Below are positions 32,342 through 47,700 of a stretch of 64,000 nt of DNA, piece by piece. The notes under the pieces were generated by a model. That model searched no databases, had not been told where the DNA came from, and saw only the letters and a program-made list of their open reading frames with translations. Made by a program: the position numbers and the translations under genes. This stretch comes from the human T2T-CHM13v2.0 reference genome, Homo sapiens, in NCBI RefSeq assembly GCF_009914755.1, contig NC_060930.1. One strand, given 5' to 3'. Position 1 is the stretch's first letter. Every line of letters starts with the position of its first letter.

Positions 32342-34052
32342 CTAAGCCTTCAGTAACTCCTATCTTTTTTCTGGTGGAGGTGTGCCTCAATGTTTATGGC
32401 TGCCAGCTGATCAGGCTGGTAGTTGCTAAAGGTTGAGGTGGCTGTGAAAATTTCTTAAAACAAGATAACAGTGAAATTTGCCCCATTGATTGACTCTTCT
32501 TTTTAAAACAATATTTCTCTGTAGCATGTGATGATCTTTGATAGCATTTGCCTACATTTAGAACATCTTCAAAAATTAGAATCAATTCTCTTAAACTCTG
32601 CTGCTTTATCAACTAAATTTATGTGCTATTCTAAATCCTTATTATTTATCATTTCAACAATGTTTACATCTTCACCAGAAGTAGAATCCATCTCAAGAAT
32701 CCACTTTCTTTGCTCATCTAGAAGAAACAACTTCTCATCCATTTAAGTTTTATCATGAGATTGCAGTAGTTCAGTCACACCTTCAGGCTCCGTTTCTAAT
32801 TCTGGTTCCTTTGCTATTTCTACCACATCTGCAATTACTTCCTCCACTGAAGTGTTAAGCCCCTCAAAGTCATCCTTCAGGTATGGAATCCATTTCTTCC
32901 AAATTCCTGTTGATGTTGATATTTTGACATCTTCCCCTGAACCATGAGTGTTCTTAACAGCATTGAGAATAGTGAATCCTTTCCAGAAGGTTTTCAATTT
33001 ACTTTGCCCAGATTCATCAATGTAATCACTATCTATGACAGCTATATCCTTATGAAATGTGTTTCTTAAATAATAAAACTTGAAATTTGAAATTACTCCT
33101 TAAGCCATGGGCTATTGAATGAATATTGTGTTAGCAGGCAAGAAAACAACAGTAATCTTTTGTATATCTCCACAAGAGCTTTGGGTAACCAGGTGCATTG
33201 TTAATGAGTAGCAATATTTTGAGTGGAATATTTTTTCTGAGCAGTAAGTCTCAACAGTGGGTTTAAAATATTCAGTAAAACATGCTGTCATCCAGACTTT
33301 GTTATTCTATTTATAGAGCACAGGCAGGGTAGATTTAGCATAATTCTTCAAGGCCCTAGGATTTTCAGAAGGTAAATAAGCATTATCTTCAACTTAAATT
33401 CACCAGTTGCATTAATCCTTAGAAAGAAAGTCAGCGCCTGTCCTTTGAAAATTTGCAGGCATCGACTCCTCTTTAGCTACAAGAGTCCTAGATTAGATGG
33501 CATTTTCTTCCAATAGAAGGCTGTTTTAGCTACATGGAAAATCAGGTGTTTCATGTAGCCACCTTCATCAATGTCTTAGCTAGATCTTATAGGTCACCTG
33601 CTGTAGATTCTACATCAGCACCTGCTGCTTCACCTTGCACTTTGATGTTACAGGGATGGCTTCTTTCCTTAAACCTTATGAACCAAACTCTGCTAGCTTC
33701 AAACTTTTCTTAGGCACCTTTCTCTTCTCTCTCAGCCTTAATAGAAGTGAAGAGAGTTAGAAACTTGCTCTGAATTAGGCTGTGGCTTAGGGGAATGTTG
33801 TGGCTGCTCTGATCTTTTATCCAGATGATTCAAACTTTCTTTGTATCAGCAATAAAACTGTTTTGCTTTCTTATCATTTATGTGTTCACTGGAGTAGCAC
33901 TTCTAATTGTCTTCAAGATCATTTCCTTTGCATCTACAACTTGGCTAATGGTTTGGCACAAGAGGCCTAGCTTTAAGTCTATCTTGCCTTTCAACATGCC
34001 TTCCTCTCTAAATTTAATCATTTCCAGCTTTTGATTTCAAGTGAGAGACATG

Positions 34053-34801
<749 letters not shown>

Positions 34802-37059
34802 TTATTAATTGACCCAATTTCAATATCGTTGTGTCTCAGAATATGAGTTCTGAGAAGGAAAGAGATGAGGGGACAGCTGGTTGGTGGAGCCCTCAGAACA
34901 CGCATGATATTTATTGAATAAATTCACCATCATATGGGGAAGGTTCCTAGCTCCCCAAGACAGTTACAATGGTACAATCAAATATCACTGGTCATAGATT
35001 ACCATAGAGATATAATAATAATAAAATTTGAAATATTGAAATAACTAATAAAATGTCACACAGAAACAAAAAAGAGCATATGTTATTGTAGTACCAATAG
35101 ATTTGTTTAATGCTCAGTTGCCCCAAACCTTCAATTTATAAAATTATAATATCTGCAAAGTACAATATAGTGAAGCACAATAAAACAAGCTATGCCTCTT
35201 CTGTACTTCACACGTTATTTTTACTTTTATCTCTCTTAGTAAAATATTACATTTTCTATTATATATCTAATGCCTATTTCTGCTAGTTTTTTTATTTTTG
35301 CATGCTTTTGATAGCATTTAAGACTTTTACACTTTTTTAAACAAATCACCTCACAAACTTGATTTACTTTATTTTTCCTTCTTTCCTTTCATTCTTTCCT
35401 TTCTTCTTCCCTTCATTGCTTTCTACCTTCTTGTTTCTTTTCCTTCTTATACAATTTTCCATGGATAGTCTTAAAGGCAATGATTATTATTTACAGTGAT
35501 ATAACGTGTTTCTTTTTCTTGCCATATTACATTTCTTGAAGCTTTGTACTACATATATTGATCATGGGGCCACCCTTTCCCATCTTTCCACAGCAAGGGA
35601 AAATTTGCCAACTTGACTCATAACCCTCCCTGTTGGAAAATTACATAATCTTTCTTAAGGAGTAACATGTAATTTTCACAATTCAGTGCAACCAATCTTT
35701 GGGCTTTCTGAAATCCTATCTTGCTTATATTTGTAACAATAAAAAATCATATTCTTTCCCTTTTGAGTTTTAATGGGGGGTAGCAGGTAGTAAACAGTCA
35801 AAAGGAAAGAACAGTCCAATAGATTGGCAAATATATAGAAAATTATACTTATAATATTAGTAAAATACCAGTTGGTGGAAAATTCAAAACAGTTTAATTT
35901 CTAAAACTACCTTGGTTCTGAGTGCTGGTCAAATATTAAATATTCATATTGATATCAAGCATTTCTATATTCCTTGTATATTTATTACAAATTATTCTAT
36001 AATTCAGTTCATTATTTTTTGATACTAACTTTGCATTTGAAAAGGATATGCTTTATTATGTTAGAGCTTTATTTTTGCTAGCTGCACACTGAGGATTTAT
36101 TGGGTCCTACTATGATAACTAAAAGGATTTTCTTCTTTGACCTCTGTACATGATGTTAAGCTTCCAGAACATTGTATCATTATGGAAACCCTGAAACAAA
36201 TTTTGTTTGGTTCTAGGGCATTATTCTTTAATGTGTTGCAGGAATCAATTTGACACTAATTTATTTAAGATCATTGACCTCCTATTCATAAGTAAAATTG
36301 AGCTCTGATTTATTCTTATGCTCTGCTTTTTGGCTTTGGCAGTGTTATGCTATCCTTGTAAAATAAATTGGAGAGATTTTCACTTCTGGCCTTGATGAGG
36401 TAGCTGGCACTATATTTGTCTTCCCACTATAGGCAAGTAGAAAACAAATAAAACAAAACAACAAATATAAACAAACATTTTCTCACACCAGATCATGGGC
36501 AATGAAGGATTGTAACTCTTGAGAGGAGAGGAAATGCCTGATATTCTGTCTGGAGAAATTTTCTGAACCTTTACACATGAAAAGCAAACACAAAGCACAA
36601 TGGTTTCACTGAGCTGAGAAAAAAAAAATTAGGGTTTAGGAATGCTGTGACAGCTGGAATTTGTAAGCCAGTGTCTCAATAAGAAGCTATATAGATAAAA
36701 AGCTCTTTAAATCTGCATTTAAGTCTTCTTGACTCTTTTGCCAAATATCGAAGCTCCTCTTGCACAGTAAGACTATCCCAAAAAGAGCAAGAAATAACTA
36801 CTAGAGATCTGTAAGCTAAAGCATTATTAGAGATAATACATAGCTGGGAGATATTGGAGATAGCAACAAAGTGGAGAGAGCTTGTGGAACACACAGGACA
36901 TCCAACAAATGACCCAGAAGGGAAGAAAAAAAGAAGTTACAGGACTAAACTAGTCCCATAGTAATGGCTACTTTAGACTCATGACAACAAAAATTAGAAA
37001 CAAGCCTCTAAAGGACCAAGCTTATTAAAGTAACTGAATGACCTGACTAAATATATCTT

Positions 37060-37375
<316 letters not shown>

Positions 37376-37736
37376 TCAATATTCATGAAGTTAGGGAACT
37401 AAATCCAGATACTGAACAATGTAAAAATCAGTAAGTTCAGTATCCAAACAAAAAACTAGACATGAAATAAAGCAGAAAAATGTGAGCAATAACTAGGAGG
37501 AAATAAATCTCAGAAATGGAAGAGACAGTGGGATTAGCAGATAAAAACGTTAAAATGAATAATTTGGAAAAGATATACAAAGCTGGAGAAATTCCAGCCC
37601 ATTATTTCAAGATTTATTATCAAGTTACAGTAGTCAATACAATGATTTTGAAATGAGGATAGATAAATGTATCAATGCATCAGAATAGAGAATTCAGTAA
37701 TATGCCCACATACGATGGTCAACTGATTTTCCAAAA

Positions 37737-38629
37737 TTTTATTTTATTGTAGTAAGAATACTTAACATAAGATGTAACAAATGTTACCCTCTTAACAAAT
37801 GTTTAAGTTTACAGTGTCTTGTTGACTGTACACGCAACATTGTACAGCAGATCTGTGGAGCTTATTCATCTTGCCTAACTGAAGCATTATACCTATTGAT
37901 AATAACTCCCCACTTCCCCCTTAACACAACCCCTGAAAATTACCATTCCATTCTTTGATTCTATGAACTTGACTATTTTAGACACTTTATGTAAGTGGAA
38001 TCATGCAGTATTTGTCTTTATGTGACTGACTTATGTCACTTAGCATAATGTCCTCCAGGTTTATCCATGTTGTTGCCTATTGCAGAATCTCCTTTTTCAC
38101 ATCTAAGTAGTATTTCCTTTTATGTATATACCACATTTTCTTTATCCCTTCATCTGCTGGTGGACATTTATGTTGTTTCTACATTTTGACTATAATGAAC
38201 ATGAGAGTGATAATGAACCTTTATACTGTTTTCCATAGTAGCTGCACCATTTTTGCATTTCCACTAACAGTGTGCAAGAGTTCCAATATTTTTACATCCT
38301 CAATGACACTTGTTTTTTGTATTTTTGATAATGAACATCCTGACAGGTGTGAAATGTTATCTACAGAGTGAAAAGACCACCTATACAATAAAATATAGAA
38401 TAAAAGAATATATTTGCAAACCATAAATCTTATAAGGGACTAATCTCCAAAATATATAAAGAACTTCTACAATTCAATAGAAAAAACTAATAACACAATT
38501 AAAAAATGAGGTAGGGACTTGAACAGACATTTCCCCAAAGAAGATGTACAAATGCCCAACAGGTATATGAAAAAATGCTTAACATCAGTGTCACTTGTCA
38601 TCAGGAAAATGCAGATCAAACCCAGAATG
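37737..38629 (-). mobile_element. L1MA9/L1MB-like 3' end with inverted 5' piece
   Basis: Reverse 3'UTR 37737-38362 ('tgtacagcagatctgtggagcttattcatcttgc'), then plus-strand ORF2 piece 38363-38629. Confidence 0.75.
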
Positions 38630-38788
38630 GTTGATTGATGTTTAAAAGCAGGTGCTGAAATAACTGAATAAAGAGAAGTCAGTCTTTTCAACTAATGATA
38701 GTAGGAGATATATATGTCTATATGGTGAAATAATGAACCTTGATGCTTAAAGGATCATATACCCCCATATTAACTCAAAGTGGAGATG

Positions 38789-38827
38789 CACACACACACA
38801 CACACACACACAGACACACGCACGCAC
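38789..38827. repeat. (CA)n microsatellite, interrupted
   Basis: cacacaca...cagacacacgcacgcacaca... Confidence 0.95.
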
Positions 38828-40131
38828 ACACACACACACACACACACTCTAAAACTCTAGATGAAACAGAAAAAAATCTTTATGACCTTGGGGTACCTTT
38901 CTTAAACAGGGCAGTGAGAGGAAAAATTATAAAAGAAAAAAATTGATAAATGATATTTCACTAAAATACTTATCTTATTGGAAAGACATCACTAATTAAA
39001 TGAAAAGGCAGAGACTGAGACTAACATAAGGAAAGCAGCTGGCTCAAGTGTCTATTTGATTTCATAGACATATGACACAAACACATTCCTCTTATACAGC
39101 TTATTTAGTTAAGCATTCAGGAAAAGGAGATCAGTGATTAAAAGATATATTAAAGTCAGAATGAGAGGAAAAATAGAAGAAAAGAACAGGTTTAAAAGGA
39201 ATACAGAGAGAAGAGATATGGACTATCCCACACTTAGGGGTGACATATTCATTCTCTCCTGTGACACGGGTTTCCTTATATTCCTATGAGTCACATCTGT
39301 TGCAGATGACTTTTAGATGCCAAAATAAAGAACAATGAAATTTTAAGACTGACCCATAGTTGAATATTGACATTTCAACATAAAGGTTGTGTAGGACATC
39401 TGCCTAAGAGAATCTTGGTGGAGATAATTTTAACTCAATTATGGTTATTCTTCATTCTCCGTTTTACTTCATTGCTTTCAAAATGAGGAAGTGAGATATT
39501 ATCTTCCTCCTCATCAAACATATCAAGCATCTACAAAGTATAAAAGATGTTTCATATATGAGATCTAGTGTAACTGCTAATTACAACTCTGATGATTTAA
39601 AAAGACAATGAAAAATGTCTAGTCTTTCTTAAGATTCCGTTTCTCCTCTTACTGCTTTTTCTACTTTGAACTTCCGAGAGACAGACTATAAAATTATTTC
39701 AGTAATTATACTTCACAATGAAAACTATACCTTGAGATTCTGACCTCTCATTCTTGGGAAAATAGTATTGAAGTGTAATGAATAGATTATAATATCAAGA
39801 AACCTTTTCTATATGAACTAAAAATACTTCAGTGATAGACTTATTTAGGTCATGTTAAACTTATTTCTTTTGTTATAAAGGATTAAAAATTGGAAAGTGT
39901 TTCCCAGGGACTCTTTTCTTAGATGTGATTTAAAATGTTATATATTTCCATATTTGTGAAATAGTTTAATAACTCTGCTTAGGGGCGAAACAATGAGCTA
40001 AATGACTCTATGACAATATCCAAATTTTCTCACTCTTCTTAATTACTTTTGTAATGTCAAATTTGCATATGTGAAAGATAAATTCTTGCCATCATTCATT
40101 TAATGTTGAGATCAGTAAATGCTAATTATGG

Positions 40132-42031
40132 CATATATATATATCTGAAATATATATAAATATATATATATGCCTGATATATAAATATAATTATTTATAT
40201 ATAAATATAATTATATTTATATATAAATAATTATATTTATATATAAATTATTATATCTATATATAATAATTTATATATATAATAGTTATTATATATAATA
40301 TATTATAAATATATAAATATATAAATTTATATATAATAAATATATATTTATATATACATATAATATGTAACATATATTTATATATCAATATAAAATATAA
40401 ATATAATTTATATATCAATATAAAATATAAATATAATTTATATATCAATATAAAATATAAATATAATTTATATATCAATATAAAATATAAATATAATTTA
40501 TATATCAATATAAAATATAAATATAATTTATATATCAATATAAAATATAAATATAATTTATATATCAATATAAAATATAAATATAAATTATATATCAATA
40601 TAAAATATAAATATAATTTATATAAATTATATATCAATATAAAATATAAATATAAATTATATATCAATATAAAATATAAATATAATTTATATAAATTATA
40701 TATCAATATAAAATATAAATATAATTTATATAAATTATATATCAATATAAAATATAAATATAATTTATATAAATTATATATCAATATAAAATATAAATAT
40801 AATTTATATAAATTATATATCAATATAAAATATAAATATAATTTATATAAATTATATATCAATATAAAATATAAATATAATTTATATAAATTATATATCA
40901 ATATAAAATATAAATATAATTTATATAAATTATATATCAATATAAAATATAAATATAATTTATATAAATAAAATTATATGAATATAATTTATATAAATAA
41001 AATTATATGAATATAATTTATATAAATAAAATTATATGAATATAATTTATATAAATAAAATTATATGAATATAATTTATATAAATAAAATTATGAATATA
41101 ATTTATATGAATACAATTTATATGAATATAATTTATATGAATAGAATTTATATGAATATAATTATATGAATAGAATTTATATGAATATAATTATATGAAT
41201 AGAATTTATATAATTTATAATTATATATTTATATAATTTATAATTTTATATAATTTTTAATTATATAAATAAAATTTATATACATATAAATTATATATTT
41301 ATGTATAAATATATATTTATATTTTTATATGTATATATATGCCTGATATATATTTATATATATTTCACATATATACATATATTTATATAGATTTCACATA
41401 TATACATATATTTATATAGATTTCATATATATACATATATTTATATAGATTTCATATATATACATATATTTATATAGATTTCATATATACATATATTTAT
41501 ATAGATTTCATATATACATATATTTATATAGATTTCATACATATATTTATATAGATTTCATACATATATTTATATAGATTTCATATATTCATATATATTT
41601 ATATATTTCAGATATATATTATATATATTTCAGATATATATTATATATTTCAGATATATGTATATTTATATATCTTTCAGATATATGTATATATATTTCA
41701 GTTATATGTATATTTATATATATATTTCAGATATATGTATATTTATATATATATTTCAGATATATGTATATATATTTCAGATATATGTATGTTTATATAT
41801 ATTTGAGATATATGTATGTTTATATATGTTTGAGATATATGTATTTGTATACATTTCTGATATATGTATTTATATATACATTTCAGATATATGTATTTAT
41901 ATATACATTTCAGATATATATTCATATATACATTTCAGATATATATATTCATATATACATTTCAGATATATATTTATATATATTTCAGATATATATATTT
42001 ATATATATTTCAGATATATATATATCTGAAA
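40132..42031. repeat. Compound AT-rich tandem array, about 1.9 kb
   Basis: 30-mer tatatcaatataaaatataaatataattta (~40380-40590); 39-mer derivative to ~40960; 29-mer to ~41100; then 22-28-mers containing tttcat/tttcagatatat. Confidence 0.97.
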
Positions 42032-42119
42032 GGCTTCAAACTAGAATTAGTCTGCTAAAATCTGTAAGACTTAGAAAGGTGAAATAATCACAAAATAATC
42101 TTGGTTTATATGTTAGACA

Positions 42120-42264
42120 GTTTTTTTTCTTTCTGTACATCTTGTTTTAAAACGTTTAGGTTTGAGTGTACATATGTAGGTTTGTTATATAGATAAAGTC
42201 ATGTCCCAGGGGTTCATTGTACAGATTGTTTTATCACTCAGGTACTATGCCTAGTACCCACTAG
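42120..42264 (-). mobile_element. Short 3'-end fragment of an older L1PA (PA13-16-like)
   Basis: 'gtacatatgtaggtttgttatatagataaagtcatgtcccaggggtt...gcctagtaccca'. Confidence 0.75.
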
Positions 42265-42480
42265 ATGTTAGCTATTTTGTTAAGTCAAAATCTCTTGTTT
42301 AAAGGCTTGTTTTAATTTGTGGGACTAAGTCCAGTACCCAATAGATGCTAACTATTTTGTTAAGTCAAAATCTCTTGTTTAAAGGCTTGTTTCAATTTGT
42401 GGTACTAAGCCTAGTACCAAATAGATGTTAGCTATTTTGTTAAGTCAAAATCTCTTGTTTAAAGGCTTGTTTCAATTTGT
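42241..42480. repeat. 80-bp tandem repeat, 3 copies
   Basis: Units start at 42241, 42321 and 42401; core tattttgttaagtcaaaatctcttgtttaaaggcttgttt. Confidence 0.97.
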
Positions 42481-43085
42481 TGATTTTCACAAATGCAATT
42501 TAAAGCTGTTTTCTTTTAACTTATAGTGACTATTCTAATATAACAAGAGAAGTCTGTTTAATCAACATTTAAAATAATATTTTAATGACTTATTTAATAT
42601 TTAAGAAAATGAATAATTCTTTTAAATATCATTAATTTGGGCTAATTTATCCACTACTCTTCCCAAAGCAATGTCTATATTGCAAATGAAACCAATAATT
42701 AAGTTTTACCTTATATTCAATGAGTATGGGTAATTAATAAAAATGTTTTAAAGAAGAATGACACTTTTTATATAACTTTAGTTATATTAACATTCTTTTT
42801 ATCATTTCTGGTTCTCTTTGTTCATTCTGTGTATTCCAGTTACTATCTGGGGTCATATTCTTAATTTAAAACTTCCTTTTACTCGTCACCTTTTTGCTAT
42901 TATTGGCAAATGTGTCTCATTTCTGTATGATACAGGCACAAAGACATATTATATCCTATTGTTTTATTTAATTGCTTTTTAAATAAATTAAGAGAATAAA
43001 GAATAAACATACAAGTGTATACTGTCTTTTATAATTACATAATTACCTTTTCTGGTGCTATTTATTTGTACAAGCATTCAAAATA

Positions 43086-44382
43086 CAAGAGCATTTCAAA
43101 AAATTGCTGGAAAGACAGAAGTAAAAGATAAGAATATAAAACTTTATTTCTCAACATAAATGTCATCAAATGAAAGACAATTTTGTAAGTGATGATGCTA
43201 GCCATTTAGTACATCCCTAAAGAACTGAGGGTCCTGGGAATTTAACCATGTCAATGTCATCTTTTTTATGTTATGTTACTGAAGAAAACTACATACCCTT
43301 TACAGATTTTTTTTTAAGACTAGGAAATAAAAGGAAATCAGAAGAAATCAAATCAGAAATGTATGGTGCATTCCTAATGATTTCCCATTGAAACTTTCAC
43401 AAAATTGACTTTTTTGATGAGAGAAAGGAGCTGGACCATTTGTAGTTGTGAAGAATTCTCTAGTGAAGATTTCCCGCACATTGTTTGCTAAAGTTTTGTC
43501 TAACTTTCTCAGAACATTCTCAAAATAAGCAGACGTTATCATTCTTTGTCCATACAGGAATTCAACAAGCAAATCGTCTTGAGCATCCCTAAAAACTCTT
43601 GCCATGATCTTTTCTCTTGACTGGTATGCTTTTGCTTTGACTGCATGACTTCCATTTGTTGTTTTTTTTGTTTGCTTGTTTTTTCGAATACTTTGTGTTT
43701 TGTCTTCAGAATTATACTGGTAAAGCCACGTTTCACTTTCTGTTGCAATTCTTTGAAGACGTGCTTCATAATTTGATGTCACTTTTTTATAATTTCTGTT
43801 GATGCCCTACTCTTGTCTGAAGCTGATCTGGGTGGTTTTGGTAATCATCAAGTGGAAAATTTGCTCAACTCTATTTTTTTAATGAAAATTGTGTAATGTG
43901 AACCAATTGAGATGTTTAAGGTGTTGGCTATTTCTGCTGTTAATCATTGATTCTTTTCAATTAGGGCAAGAACAAGACGTAGTTTTTTCTCCCAAGTAAA
44001 GGTGGATGTCTGTCTATGTGGGCTTTTTCTTCAATGTCATCTTGTTGTTTCTTAAAATAAGTTATCCATTTGTAAACTGTTGATTTCTTTGAGACATTGT
44101 CTTCATAAACTTTTTGTAAAATATCAAGGATTTCATTATTCTTCCACTCAAGCTTCATATTAATTTGATGTTTTTTTCTTGCTTCAATTTTGACAGAAAA
44201 TATATTGCTCTGATAGGTGCTTTTTTTCAAACTAATATCTTATTTTTCTTAGTTCCTCGAACTTGATCCTGTTCAGATATGTTATAAAAAGTTAGTACGA
44301 GTTTATTTTGTGGAAAAAAATGAAATCTATGCACTGTTTCTTTCATAATATGCATTTTCACGAACATTTTGAAGTCCTCTCA
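43086..44382 (-). mobile_element. Full-length Hsmar2 mariner DNA transposon (decayed)
   Basis: 1297 bp, TA duplication, degenerate TIRs; transposase fragments KIEAR..MKLEWKNNEILDILQKVYEDNVSKKSTVYKWI and ESETWLYQYNSEDK. Confidence 0.92.
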
Positions 44383-44389
44383 TACTTAA

Positions 44390-44780
<391 letters not shown>

Positions 44781-47700
44781 GAAAGTGTTTCTTTTACCTT
44801 CATTTTTGAAATATAGTTTTGCTGCATATAGTATTTTGGGTTGTTTTTAAAAAAATTTTTTTTAACTTTTGGGCACTTTGCGTGTTAACCCATTGCTTTC
44901 TAGTCTTCATAGTTTCTGATAAGTAAACTCTAAATAATTTTATTGTGGTTCCCTTGTGAGAGGTCAGTTTTCATTTATTGCTTTCAAAATTTTGTCCTTG
45001 TCTTTGGCTTTCAGTAGTTTTATTTTGATGTTTTTATTTGTGAATTTGTTTGTATTTATCTTATGTAGAGTTTATTGAGATTCTTGGATGTGCAGATCAT
45101 TGTTTTGTAATAAATTTCTGGAGTTTTCAGCTATCACCACTTTGAATATTTTGATCTCTTCTTTTCTCTCCTCTAGTTCTGTTAGTCCTATTATGCATAT
45201 TTTGTTGTGTTACTAGTATCTCCCATTTTTTCTGAATCTTTGTTGAGTTTTCTTCATATTTTCCTTCTTCAAATTGCATGATTCTTATTTTCTTGTTTTC
45301 AAGTTCACTAATTCTTATTCCTGCCAGTTCAATTCTGTAGTTAAGCCCTATTGTGAATTTTTTATTTCAGTTATTACAGTTTTTAACTGCAGAATATCCA
45401 TTTTGTTCTTTTTAAGATAATTTATATGTCTTTATATTCTTTGCTTGAGGAATAATTGTCATCATACTTTACTTATTTAATCACATTTTTCTTTATTTAT
45501 TGAATATGTTTATAATGCCTGCTTGAAGTCTTTTTATGATAAATACTACATCTAGTCATTCACAGGCAGTTTCGGTTGTGTTTACATTTTTCAGTTTATG
45601 GGTCATACTTTATTTCTTTGGCTATCTCATAAATTTTGTTGGAAAGTGGACATTTTAGATGATATAGCAACTGTAAGTACTACCTCTTCATGTTCCCCCA
45701 CCTGCCACTTGTTATTTGTATTTGCTTGTTTGTTTAGGAACTCATTAGATTATTTTAGTGAAGTCTGTTCTACTCTCTCAATAATAGGCCTTTGATGTTA
45801 CTGTCATTGGGCACCCAGAGCCACTTTGGGATGATAATTGTTTTTTCAGGGTTTTCTTTTCTTTAACTGTCTCTTTCTCTGGCCACATCCTACTAACTGC
45901 TGGCTCAGTGTTCCAGGGACATAGACTCCTCTGTATTCTAATACAATCAAATGAAGTTTCTATAAAGAAACTTTCAAAAAATAGTTATGGTGATTAGTAT
46001 TTGAGATTTAGTCTGATCCCAAGAAGGTTCTCTGGCAAATGAGGCAGCCAATAATTTAGCCTTTATTTTTAGTGAATTCATAAATCACTTTCCAATCTTC
46101 TTTCACCACAACTTCCATTGCTTTAGAAGGCACACTTAGGCTTTGATTTCTCCACATACTATTGCAAGTGGAGTTTGTTACTTTTGGAAGAGATCAGAAG
46201 CTGTTTGTTTTATGACTTTCTTCTCCCTTCCCACCTCTTACACTCACCACCCACTCTACCAGGCACCAGGCTTTAGTAAAATTATTGGTTCATATCTCTG
46301 GAGCTGGGGTTAGGGACAATGGTGCATATCTCTCTGAGTGACATCCCTGCTCTAGGAACTAAGTGCTAGATGTAGCAGGGGAGAGAGGCAGTAGCATCAG
46401 GTCTTCTCAGCTTGCATCTGGGGAATGGAGCCACTGCCTTATGAGCCTGGGAAATGGTCATTAGAGACTGAGAATTCTCAGTAGTGCAAAGTTCAAGATA
46501 GAGCTTCCTTCCACCCGTGGGATCTGGACAGAAAAAGGGAGCCAGAGCAACCTCTTACCCAGAACTAGGACTCAGCTACATGTAGGGCAGGATAAGAAAT
46601 GTTGACAGCCTGACTGTCCTAGGAAGGTAGTCCTCCTACTGGGAGGTGGGAGAGAGGGGCCCCTGAGTTCTTTGCTGCATCAGTCTGTGGTGGAATTTCT
46701 GGCTGACTGAGCTGGGATGGGATAGGGAGGAAGCAATCTAAGTTCAAATACCATAGACTTGACTGTTAGTGAATGTTAGTAGATGTCCTTGAATAGATAC
46801 TTCTTCATTGGCTATGTGCCCTGAACACCATTCCTAGACATTTTAATTGGTGCTTTTATTAAATAATAATTTTCACTAACTTCACTAGGAGGTGAGTCCA
46901 AAAGGCTTCTTATGCAGTCATACCAAAGACTGTTCTTCAAGAAATGTAGTTTCTTCTCTTTCTTTTACATTTTTGAATAATTTTACTTTTTTGAGTAATT
47001 GCCTCTAATGTCTCATTAACTTGGTCTTTTTAAAAAATATGGCATGAGTCATTTGTCACCACTCATATGGTCTATATCATTAACTCCATCTTCCTTATTT
47101 ATTTGGAACAGTACATTAAAAGATTATATTAATTAAGAAAATCAAATAGCTTTATAAGCATCAAAAATTAATGTCAGCATCATTACTAAGAAATAAATGG
47201 TTAAAATGCAGTAATATCCTTGTTTTAGAGGTTCATAGAGGCAAGTATGTTTCCAATAAATGTTTAACAGTCTCCATTAAGCTCTCTTAGCACAATAAAA
47301 TCATTTAATATTGCTACAATAATTAGTCTTCTAAACAACAGAGTGAGCCCAAGTAGGATTGATCACTTGCCCAGATTTAGCAATACAGCCCCAACATTTT
47401 GATGATTCTTACTAGAAACAGAAGTCACCATCATACACCCTGTTGCATAGAGAATAATAATGTCAAGAGATTATCAATTTTTGGATACTCACATTATTTG
47501 AGACAATACCATATCAAGCATTAGATGAACTATTTCAGCCCAAGTACCCATAGAGAATCAACACACTACCAAAAAAAATATTTTTCTGCAGCTAACCTAG
47601 CATGAAAAGCACAGAAATAAAATAACAATCCAAGCTGGCATTGTTACTGCTGCAGTCACTTGGATGATTATGGGCTTTTGAAAGATGGACATATTTTGAC

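Noticed and set aside
40257-42087. 227-aa and neighbouring Y/I/L-rich ORFs
   Set aside because: Translations of AT tandem repeats with periods divisible by 3; no coding complexity
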